Shown here: positions 35,437-43,384 of the stretch, one piece after another
Position numbering within the stretch: position 1 is the first letter of the stretch
Layout: every line of letters starts with the position of its first letter
Source: an uncultured Gammaproteobacteria bacterium
Lineage (GTDB): Bacteria > Patescibacteriota > Microgenomatia > Levybacterales > UBA12049
Assembly: GCA_964525395.1 (NCBI GenBank)
Contig: CAZGGU010000002.1
Location: 30,263-94,262 of the forward strand
Direction of reading: 5' to 3'
Length of the DNA: 64,000 nucleotides
Position numbers and translations under genes: made by a program
The notes under the pieces: generated by a model
The model's input: the letters and a program-made list of their open reading frames with translations, nothing else
The model's database searches: none
What the model was told of the DNA's origin: nothing

Positions 35437-36135
35437 GTGCCAAGTATTTTAGATATTTTATTTCCGAAATACTGCGTGAATTGCCGGAAGTCTGGAGATT
35501 TTTTGTGCCCTAATTGTTTTTCTAAACTTAGTTATGATGTAAATAATATCTGCTTAGCTTGTACCAAGCCTAGCTATAATTCACTTACTCATCCGAATTG
35601 TCGAAATAAAAATAGGATTGAAGGAGCATTTGCCTGTTTGGTTTTCGATTCTATTACCAAGAAACTAGTTCACCAATTTAAATATGAGCCGTATTTATCT
35701 AGCCTTGCTCCTTTTATAACGGACTTAATGTTTGAGTCTCTCATCCAGAATGAAGAGTTTGTCAAACTGCAAAAACAGGAAATAATTTTGGTTCCAATAC
35801 CACTTAGTAAAAAGAAATATAGAAGTAGGGGATATAACCAGTCGGAGCTTGTTTCCAAAGAGCTATCTAAAAAGCTTCATTGGAAAACTCTGAATGCCTT
35901 AATTCGCGTGAAAGATACGAAGACTCAGGTAGGGTTAACCAAAGAAGAGAGAAGGGATAATATTCACGACGCTTTTAAAATTAATCCAAAATTTGTAAAA
36001 GAAATTGCCAATAAGAATATTTTATTAATAGATGATGTGGTGACGACAGGCGCGACATTTAATGAGGCAACTCGAATACTGAAGCTAGAAAAAGTGGGTA
36101 ATGTTTGGGGAATTGCTTTTGCGAAGGAGGATTAA
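35437..36135 (+). CDS. comFC: ComF family protein (ComFC-like phosphoribosyltransferase with double zinc ribbon)
   Basis: CVNCRKSGDFLCPNC...CLACTKP...HPNCR zinc-ribbon pair; C-terminal PRTase motif ILLIDDVVTTGATF. Confidence 0.7.
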   Translation: MPSILDILFPKYCVNCRKSGDFLCPNCFSKLSYDVNNICLACTKPSYNSLTHPNCRNKNRIEGAFACLVFDSITKKLVHQFKYEPYLSSLAPFITDLMFESLIQNEEFVKLQKQEIILVPIPLSKKKYRSRGYNQSELVSKELSKKLHWKTLNALIRVKDTKTQVGLTKEERRDNIHDAFKINPKFVKEIANKNILLIDDVVTTGATFNEATRILKLEKVGNVWGIAFAKED

Positions 36136-36140
36136 AACCT

Positions 36141-36170
36141 AAAAATCCGCAGTTACGCGGATTTTATTTG
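36141..36170. terminator. bidirectional rho-independent terminator (serves comFC on + and putative tmRNA on -)
   Basis: aaaaatccgcagttacgcggatttttatttg: 6-bp GC stem atccgc/gcggat, 6-nt loop, flanked by A-run and T-run. Confidence 0.6.
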
Positions 36171-36578
36171 TGGAGATGTCGAGGAGTGACCTCGAGTGCA
36201 AGAAGTTTATTTTTAAACGTCTACAAGCTTAGCTAAATGTTTTTTTGATCACTCTATTCTTTGAAATTTAGCATCCATAAATAGAGTCAAGGTTATAAAT
36301 ACAATAAGGACCTAACCGGCTTCCTTACAGTTTTTCTCAGCTGTTTTTATGCTCAAATTGCCTCACTGAGAAAAGGACAAAGCGAACATCCTAAATCTTA
36401 AACAACAGCAAAAGCTGGTGCTCCGAATTGAGGAACAGAAAGGTTAGGGATTAACCCCTTTACCTTAGCTGTTAAAATGCCTTTATTAGCATTTATTTTT
36501 TGATTATGTTTAACGACTACTATCAAAGTCGGCTTGCAATTTATTAATGTACTAACTTGTCGATGCAATGCATCCCCA
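36171..36578 (-). ncRNA. ssrA: candidate tmRNA (ssrA) downstream of smpB
   Basis: Minus-strand 5' end GGGGAUGCAUUGCAUCGAC..UGCAAGCCGAC resembles tmRNA 5' consensus GGGGnUG..GGAUUCGAC..GCnnGCCGAG; 3' end CGACAUCUCCA can pair with the 5' GGGGAUG as an acceptor stem; internal frame ..PNLSVPQFGAPAFAVV-UAA could be the tag ORF; 480-nt gene-free gap. Confidence 0.4.
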
Positions 36579-36617
36579 AGGCCTATATATTAACACTCTT
36601 GAGGCTAAAAGTCAAGT

Positions 36618-37052
36618 TTATAAGGCTAATTCACGGTCTAAATCACGCTGTAGGTCTTTGCGTTTTTTAGCATCTTTTTTATCAAATTGCTTTTTTCCGC
36701 GACCAATTCCTACCTCAAGTTTTATTAGCCCATGTTTGAGATAAAAGGCGATGGGTACTAAGGCTGATCCAGCTCCATCAGTTTTACCTTTGAGGCTAAT
36801 TATTTCCCTTTTATGAAGAAGAAGTTTTCGAGATCTAGTTTCATCATAATTTTCTGGCCTAGCGTATTCATAAGGAAAAATCTTGGCATTAATTAGATAT
36901 GCTTCTGAGCCTATTATTCTTACGTGGCTGCCTGATAAATCGGCATGCCCTAGTTTTACTGCCTTAACTTCAGCTCCGATAAGATTTATCCCAGCTTCTA
37001 TTTTTTCACCTATTTGATAGTCATAAAATGCACGTTTATTAGTTATTTTCAT
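36618..37052 (-). CDS. smpB: SsrA-binding protein SmpB
   Basis: 144 aa; KITNKRAFYDYQIGEKIEAGINLIGAEVKAV...LLLHKREI motifs of SmpB; basic C-tail. Confidence 0.85.
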   Translation of the reverse strand: MKITNKRAFYDYQIGEKIEAGINLIGAEVKAVKLGHADLSGSHVRIIGSEAYLINAKIFPYEYARPENYDETRSRKLLLHKREIISLKGKTDGAGSALVPIAFYLKHGLIKLEVGIGRGKKQFDKKDAKKRKDLQRDLDRELAL

Positions 37053-37183
37053 CCTTCGACAGGCTCAGGACAAGTAGGTGGAGTCTGCATTGCTATGATA
37101 CTAGAGAAGAAGGGAATTGTAAATTTATTCACGCACCTCTGACAAGTGATGGCTTTTTGATTGGAATAAAAAAGGTGTAGAAT

Positions 37184-39274
37184 TTACTTTAGCACGATTT
37201 TGTAGATTTTGTCTCCAGAAAGAATAAAAAGATTCTTTGCAGATTCATTTACGTCCAGTCCCTTGGCATTTTTAATTATATCTGCACTATATTCGCTTAG
37301 GAATTTACCATCTTTGTCCATGATTACTACACGCGAGTTGCCGTTGTCTAAGATATAAAGGTTATCTGTGTTTTCATTGGTGTAGATCTTAGTCGGATTT
37401 GAAAGTGCACGAGAAAGGCCAGAGACTTCAAATGCGTCTTCTTTTCCTCTAGTATATTTTTTAATCGAACCATCTTTATTAAGCACATATACTGAGCCGT
37501 CTATTGCCATGTCTACGCTGTTTGAAAAGTCTGGAGCAGTACTGAAATAATCAGATTTGGTAAAATCTGAACCTGAAGGAGCGAACTTTAAGACATTGTC
37601 GGATTTGTCGAGTACATAAACATTTGAGCCGAAGGTCCCGATGCCTCCTGCGTTTTTCCAATCTTTATCAATGATCGATTCAGACTTATCGTTGCCTTTA
37701 TCGATTTTAGTAACACCTTTGCTGTCGATGTAGTAAATAAAGTCATCGTTTTGAGAAAAAGCCGTACCAGAGTTGTCGATCTCCGCAGCTAAGAGCTTGG
37801 AATCGGATTTACTGGCCTCTGTTGCTTGATTTCCACCACCTGTTGATCCGCCTGAAGATTCACCCAGTTCTGCATTTACTTTAGAAAGTAGATCCTCAAT
37901 CTGATTATCCTCATCCGAGCCTTCTTTAAAAGTATCTTTATTTGTATTCAGCAGATTTTGTGCATCTTGGAAACTCTCCTGTGCAAGGGGAGCATTAAGG
38001 TCTTTTAAACTAATTCCTTCGTTGTATTTATCATTTGCCTCAGAATAAACTGCGTCAAATTTGGCTTGATCGTCCTTGCTGCCTTTGGTTATTACAGCGA
38101 AAACAATAGCAATAATAATGATTAAAACTAGTAGGCCGGCTACAATTGCAATAATTTTTCTTGATTTACTTAAACCTCTAGCGCCTTTTAGACTTGAAAG
38201 TTTGAATCCCATACCTAGTTTTCTTCTAGATCTTGGAATATCAGTCAGGAATGGAGATTCTTGAATTTCTTCTTTTGTATCTTCCTTGGCTGTGAATTCT
38301 GGATTGGAAAAATGTGGGGGTGGCTGGTTTTCAAATGGACGAATATTCTCAGGATTTGTGTTGCTCATGCTTTGATTAATCTGAGAAAAAGCAGGCTCTT
38401 TAGGCACACTAAGATTTCGGAATTCATCCCCCATATTGGTTGGAGTCGGCTCTGGTGTTTTTTCTTCATTGAGGGGTTCCGCTGTTATTGTTTCAACTGT
38501 TTCAACTGAGTGGGGTTGTAGAGGATCTATTTCCTCCACAGTTTCATTTGTTTCGATTAGTGTGGGCGTATCTAGGGGGGGTGTACTTTGTTCCTCAATT
38601 GCTTCTCCTAAGCTTTCATCTTCTGGTTTTTCTTCTTCAGTTGTAGCTACCACTGCTGCTACAGGAACATCTTCAAATGCCCCAATTTTATAAACAAGTA
38701 TTACTGCAGCTGCTCCGCCTTCGATTCTTTCGTGGATGTGTGGCGCCAATTCTTCTGAGATTTCATCTGGAGTTGATTTGTCCATAGAGGATGCTAAGGT
38801 AGAGGTGGAGATAATTTTCTGGAATTGAGAAGTCTGGAGAACTATGGAATCTCCGTCTTGAACGTAACCTGATGCTGATTTTACATTTCCAGAAGTATCA
38901 CCTTCTAAAACAGTGCCAATTTTTTCTCCTCTTTTAAGCACCGCTTTTCCACCACCGATTGCATAAAGATATAAAACGTTGTCACTTAAGTAACAGACGA
39001 TAAATGAAGGCTTTACGTTTTCGCCAACTCTAGCAATGGTGGTTTCCACTGCTCCTTTAATAGATTCCAGGTCTTTGGCCTCGATTGTGAAAAACTCGCT
39101 TTCTAGGGTTGAGATAATATCTTTGCCAATTTTTGCTAAATCATCTGTGGGTTCTGCAGCGGTGGACTCAAGAGAAAGCGCAGCAAAGAGTTTACCAGCG
39201 CTGTAAGCTTGTGACCAAGCGTTTGGAGTAGGGTTCGCGACTACTTTAGAAAATGCTAAATTATTATCTGCCAT
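37184..39274 (-). CDS. membrane protein with N-terminal cytoplasmic domain, acidic linker, TM and C-terminal NHL/beta-propeller-like repeats
   Basis: TM KIIAIVAGLLVLIIIIAIVFAVI; C-terminal repeated YVLDKSDN / YVLNKDGS / YILDNGNSRVVIMDKDGK motifs typical of NHL-type propeller blades. Confidence 0.4.
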   Translation of the reverse strand: MADNNLAFSKVVANPTPNAWSQAYSAGKLFAALSLESTAAEPTDDLAKIGKDIISTLESEFFTIEAKDLESIKGAVETTIARVGENVKPSFIVCYLSDNVLYLYAIGGGKAVLKRGEKIGTVLEGDTSGNVKSASGYVQDGDSIVLQTSQFQKIISTSTLASSMDKSTPDEISEELAPHIHERIEGGAAAVILVYKIGAFEDVPVAAVVATTEEEKPEDESLGEAIEEQSTPPLDTPTLIETNETVEEIDPLQPHSVETVETITAEPLNEEKTPEPTPTNMGDEFRNLSVPKEPAFSQINQSMSNTNPENIRPFENQPPPHFSNPEFTAKEDTKEEIQESPFLTDIPRSRRKLGMGFKLSSLKGARGLSKSRKIIAIVAGLLVLIIIIAIVFAVITKGSKDDQAKFDAVYSEANDKYNEGISLKDLNAPLAQESFQDAQNLLNTNKDTFKEGSDEDNQIEDLLSKVNAELGESSGGSTGGGNQATEASKSDSKLLAAEIDNSGTAFSQNDDFIYYIDSKGVTKIDKGNDKSESIIDKDWKNAGGIGTFGSNVYVLDKSDNVLKFAPSGSDFTKSDYFSTAPDFSNSVDMAIDGSVYVLNKDGSIKKYTRGKEDAFEVSGLSRALSNPTKIYTNENTDNLYILDNGNSRVVIMDKDGKFLSEYSADIIKNAKGLDVNESAKNLFILSGDKIYKIVLK

Positions 39275-39385
39275 CTCGTCGGGTCAAGGCCTTTATTCTT
39301 CATCCTCGCTTTCGCTTGGACTTTCTTTATCGGCCTGCCCCTCCTCTTCAAAATACTTCGTATTTTGATATTGAATTGTTAGGGC

Positions 39386-39625
39386 TTAGAGTATAACAAG
39401 GGCAGCAACAAAAATCAAAATTCCAATTAGTATATTAACTAATGCAAAGTAATTAATCAAGCTAGAAGCTCCCTTATCATTTACCACGCGGCTCATTGCT
39501 CTAGCTTGTTGGAGAATTATCAATAAAAAAATGATATAGATTCCGCTTAATATTAAGAATCCAATTTTCAGTAAATAGTTTTGAAGAAAAAATATTATTG
39601 TTTCAAGCATGGCCACTCTTTCCAA
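39386..39625 (-). CDS. small two-TM membrane protein (79 aa)
   Basis: Two hydrophobic helices; 23-nt overlap with upstream bPH gene. Confidence 0.3.
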   Translation of the reverse strand: MERVAMLETIIFFLQNYLLKIGFLILSGIYIIFLLIILQQARAMSRVVNDKGASSLINYFALVNILIGILIFVAALVIL

Positions 39626-40349
39626 TTAAATTATTAATTATTTTTATAACACGTTCTGGATGAGGAACAGCGAGGAATTCGAAATTAGAGGCAGTGCCTG
39701 CAGTCTGCAGATGAACATCACCATAATCGAAAATTGATCTAATAAGGCCAACTTGGACATAGCTTACATCTTCAACTTGCGAGAGTTTAGTGGCGGAAAC
39801 ATGTTCAACGATTATGTTTGAATAGTCCACATCCATCACTCTAACATTGGTAACAATTGAGATGTTATAAAACCAAGTAAGGTAGTTAACAAACATATAC
39901 CCACTGATTATGACGAAATAGTAAAAAGAATAAATAATTAATTTTGCCTCGGGTGTGAAGAAGGTAAGGGAAATAAATCCAGAATAAATTAAAAGTTCTA
40001 TTCCAATTGGAATTAGAGAGAAGAGAATTGCTTTAATTATCCAGGGTAGGTTAGTAATAAAGTGGCGTCGTAGCATAAGAAGAAGGATTTCTTGTTCTTG
40101 CTGATCCCCAAAAACTACAGATTTAGGATTATCGCAGTATCCTGTAAAAAGATGAAGATGTCTATGCGATTTATCTTGACTTGCGTGTGATTCGTGCGGC
40201 TTAGTGGTTGACTCTGGACGGAAATTACTGGTTGATGTATTTACGTTTATTATTGGTGAATCGGTCGTAGCTGGTGTAGTGCTCGGTTGAGCTTCAGGTT
40301 GATGTTGGCTTGGCACTGGATTAGTATCGTCAATAAAAATGTCAGGCAT
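39603..40349 (-). CDS. membrane protein with bacterial PH (bPH_2, YdbS/YdbT-like) domain
   Basis: Two TM helices followed by ...VRVMDVDYSNIIVEHVSATKLSQVEDVSYVQVGLIRSIFDYGDVHLQTAG pattern of bPH_2. Confidence 0.45.
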   Translation of the reverse strand: MPDIFIDDTNPVPSQHQPEAQPSTTPATTDSPIINVNTSTSNFRPESTTKPHESHASQDKSHRHLHLFTGYCDNPKSVVFGDQQEQEILLLMLRRHFITNLPWIIKAILFSLIPIGIELLIYSGFISLTFFTPEAKLIIYSFYYFVIISGYMFVNYLTWFYNISIVTNVRVMDVDYSNIIVEHVSATKLSQVEDVSYVQVGLIRSIFDYGDVHLQTAGTASNFEFLAVPHPERVIKIINNLIGKSGHA

Positions 40350-40391
40350 AATATTAGAGATAAGTATGCCTAATTATAGCAAGTTTTGCAA

Positions 40392-42029
40392 TTATTTTTT
40401 CTCTACGTTAAAGAAGGCAAATCCTGATTGAGGAATTGAGAGTCTTCCGGGAGCGCGAAGGTTAAACGCTCTTTTAAAATCATCGCCTGAGATGTTTACT
40501 CCGTTAACAGTAACAGAGTTAGTTGTTCCATTTCCTTGAGAAACAGAAACGCTTGTCGCAGATCCGATTGACCCAGGAGTGACAGATCTTAACTCATCCA
40601 TGGAATAAGGATTTCCACCCCAGCAGGAAGTAGTAACAGGGGTAATGCGGGATGTATCCACGCCGCCGCTTCTGAGAGCGATGGCAGCATTAACTATGTC
40701 AGCCATTTCTTCAGGACTCAGCCACGGATTATCTCTCCCGCATTTATCTGAAGATGTAGAATATCCCTGCGTATACCAAGCTTTATAAAGCCAAGGAGAG
40801 CCACCAACTTTTTCCCATGCTTTATCGATAAAATTACCTCCACCTGATCCGTCAGTGGTGTCCCACCCTCGTGTGGAAGTAAAACCTCCATGAGTTGAAG
40901 CATAGTAGGTTACTACATCTTCTAATACTTGTCCGCGAGTTGCTTCAACTGCGGCTCGCCAGGCATCTGGAGGACTGCTAGCTTTGCCATCGTTATAGAC
41001 CTGGCATGCTTCTGTCGTGCAGATTTCTGTTCCCTGAGATTTATACCTATAAGCATAAGTTCTAGCAGCAATTGCCTGCGCTTTAAGAGCCTCTGGATGC
41101 CAGCTGGAGGGCATTTCTGCAATTCCCATCATATATCGTCCTTCGAAATCCATGGCTCCGAAACCGGCAACGTTAATAGTTCCTCCAGTATCTTTGGCTA
41201 CTGGATCTTTGCCGTAGTAAGCGTTAAGAATTTGTGCTGCGGTTTGCCCATTTTGTGCTCTTCCTCTGGCACCATATTGACTCATGCCTTTTCTGTGAGT
41301 ATGCGCTCCGAAAGAAAATACTGCAAAATATCCAGCAGGGGCTGATTCGCGAAATCCTTTGATAGAAGCTTTGTAGTCATCTGCCAAATCACTGTCTCCT
41401 ACGTTGGCGTTAAATCCACCAGATCTGGCATTAATAATCGATTGTTGTTTGGCTGAAAGATCAGCAATTTTACCTGATAATTCTGTTTGATACTTTTGTG
41501 CATCTCCAATTACTTTATCTAAGTTGATTTTAAGTTCGGCTAGTCGAATTTTTTCACTTTCCAAATCTTTTTTCTTTTTTTCTAAGCCTTGAAGAGTAAG
41601 AGCGATATTAGTTATTTTTTCTTTGTCTTGGTCAGCAGCAGCTTTATGATATGCAAGAAGTCTGGTTACCTCAGATGCGCTTGTCCCTGAAATAAAGGTG
41701 AGAAGAGGAGAATTATAATAGCTTTTAATATAGAAATCACGAATCGCGATATTCAACTCGTCCGTTTGTTTTTCTAGCTGCTTGTAGCCATCGTCAATTT
41801 CTTTTTGTTTTTGTGCAGTATCATACTCGATATAAGCTACTCTTTTTTTAATTCCATCCACCTGAGCTATTAATGGACTAGTAGCAGCTTTTGATTGATT
41901 TAAAGCGCTAGTTAAATCATTTATTTGTTTTCCTAAATCATCTAACTCATCACCTCTGGCTGTTTGAGTACCAAGAAATAAGGAGCTGGTTAAAAGTAGC
42001 AAAAATGTAAGTGTAAAAAGTTTGGGCAT
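40392..42029 (-). CDS. SpoIID/LytB-domain protein (cell-wall amidase enhancer/lytic transglycosylase family) with N-terminal coiled-coil
   Basis: Signal peptide; conserved SpoIID motifs GMSQYGA and EALKAQAIAARTYA; N-terminal 200 aa coiled-coil. Confidence 0.6.
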   Translation of the reverse strand: MPKLFTLTFLLLLTSSLFLGTQTARGDELDDLGKQINDLTSALNQSKAATSPLIAQVDGIKKRVAYIEYDTAQKQKEIDDGYKQLEKQTDELNIAIRDFYIKSYYNSPLLTFISGTSASEVTRLLAYHKAAADQDKEKITNIALTLQGLEKKKKDLESEKIRLAELKINLDKVIGDAQKYQTELSGKIADLSAKQQSIINARSGGFNANVGDSDLADDYKASIKGFRESAPAGYFAVFSFGAHTHRKGMSQYGARGRAQNGQTAAQILNAYYGKDPVAKDTGGTINVAGFGAMDFEGRYMMGIAEMPSSWHPEALKAQAIAARTYAYRYKSQGTEICTTEACQVYNDGKASSPPDAWRAAVEATRGQVLEDVVTYYASTHGGFTSTRGWDTTDGSGGGNFIDKAWEKVGGSPWLYKAWYTQGYSTSSDKCGRDNPWLSPEEMADIVNAAIALRSGGVDTSRITPVTTSCWGGNPYSMDELRSVTPGSIGSATSVSVSQGNGTTNSVTVNGVNISGDDFKRAFNLRAPGRLSIPQSGFAFFNVEKK

Positions 42030-42109
42030 CTAGATATTATATCATCCCAATAAAACTATATCTAATTTGAATTCAGTTTGATTTAGCGATCTATATTAGG
42101 GTTAAAATG

Positions 42110-42137
42110 TTGACAATATTTTTCGGTGTGATATAGT
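42110..42137 (+). promoter_or_regulatory. sigma70-type promoter TTGACA-16 nt-TATAGT
   Basis: ttgacaatatttttcggtgtgatatagt, 12 nt upstream of ATG at 42149. Confidence 0.5.
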
Positions 42138-42148
42138 AACCGAGCCAA

Positions 42149-42739
42149 ATGGAAGAAATATCTTATAACACAACACCAACTCGCACTAAGAGGAAAGTGC
42201 CAAAAAGACTTATAATTTTTATTGTTTTCTTTATTATCATTTTGGCACTCATTGGTGGTTTAATCTTCTTTGTAACACGCGATTCTTCAGACAATTCTAA
42301 TGCAGAGCAAACAATTACTCTTCCTGAAGAAACACAAACTGAAGAACAGCCTGTGGTTACGGAAACTGAAACTCCAACTCCTGAGGAAACAGAGGCTCCA
42401 ACGAAAGCCACTACTCCCACAAAAGGACCAACTCCGACAGGATCAAGTTCTAGCAACACTAATTCATCTGTAAAAGTAGCTATTCAAAATGGAAGTGGCG
42501 AATCAGGGGTAGCTGGAACAGCAAGTAACTTAGTAAAAGAAGCTGGTTTTACAATAGCTTCTACTGGAAATGCTGATAATTTTGATTACGAAGATGTTAC
42601 GATTAAGATAAAAGCTTCCAAAAAAAGCTTCCTTTCAGCTCTCGAGGATTCACTCTCAGGTGACTATACTATTGGGACAACTTCTTCAGATCTTCCTGAG
42701 TCCACCACTTACGATGCTCTTGTAATCATTGGAAAATAA
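42149..42739 (+). CDS. membrane-anchored LytR C-terminal (LytR_C) domain protein
   Basis: N-terminal TM, PT-rich linker, C-terminal SVKVAIQNGSGESGVAGTASNLVKEAGFTIASTGNADNFDYEDVTI pattern of LytR_C. Confidence 0.5.
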   Translation: MEEISYNTTPTRTKRKVPKRLIIFIVFFIIILALIGGLIFFVTRDSSDNSNAEQTITLPEETQTEEQPVVTETETPTPEETEAPTKATTPTKGPTPTGSSSSNTNSSVKVAIQNGSGESGVAGTASNLVKEAGFTIASTGNADNFDYEDVTIKIKASKKSFLSALEDSLSGDYTIGTTSSDLPESTTYDALVIIGK

Positions 42740-42754
42740 TCATAGACTTATTCC

Positions 42755-43384
42755 ATGGGAATAGCTCCTTCAATTCTGGAAAATAATTGGGAAGATATCG
42801 AAAAAAAACTCAAGATTTGCCAAGGATTTGCTCGCACGATTCACGTTGATTTTATCGATGGTAAATTTGCTCCAAACACAACGTTTTTAGACTTTGCTCC
42901 ATTTAAAGAATATTCAGAATATTTCGTTCTTGAAGCGCATTTAATGGTGGAGAATCCAATCCAGTATTTAGATCCACTTTTTTCTGCAGGATTTAAAAAA
43001 GTAATTGCTCAGGTAGAGAAACTTCCTGACCAAGTAGAATTTGTCGCAAAGGCACAGCTCTTGGGAAGCGTTGGTTTGGCTCTTGATCTAGATACTTCGA
43101 TTTCTGCCATTACTGTTAATAAAGATGATTTAGATCAAATACTTTTAATGAGCGTTAAGGCAGGCGCAGCACATCAAGAGTTTGATTCATCAGTTTTGGA
43201 GAAATTAAGAAATTTAAAAGAAGAATATTTAGGAGAAATTGAAATAGACGGAGGAGTAAACGTAAAAAACATTAAAACTCTTTTTGACGAAGGGGCTATG
43301 AGTTTTTCTGTAAATAGTTTTATTTTCAGCGCAGAGAATTCAGAAGCACAGTTTAGGCTACTCGAATCCAAGATTGATTATTAA
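42755..43384 (+). CDS. rpe: ribulose-phosphate 3-epimerase
   Basis: IAPSIL...HVDFIDGKFAPNTTF...HLMVENP motifs, 209 aa. Confidence 0.7.
   Translation: MGIAPSILENNWEDIEKKLKICQGFARTIHVDFIDGKFAPNTTFLDFAPFKEYSEYFVLEAHLMVENPIQYLDPLFSAGFKKVIAQVEKLPDQVEFVAKAQLLGSVGLALDLDTSISAITVNKDDLDQILLMSVKAGAAHQEFDSSVLEKLRNLKEEYLGEIEIDGGVNVKNIKTLFDEGAMSFSVNSFIFSAENSEAQFRLLESKIDY

Noticed and set aside
36290-36345. Resemblance to SRP (4.5S) RNA helix-8 motif (GGAAGC..GGUCC) on the minus strand
   Set aside because: The order of the conserved elements is reversed relative to the SRP RNA consensus. The region is better explained as internal tmRNA sequence, or left unassigned.
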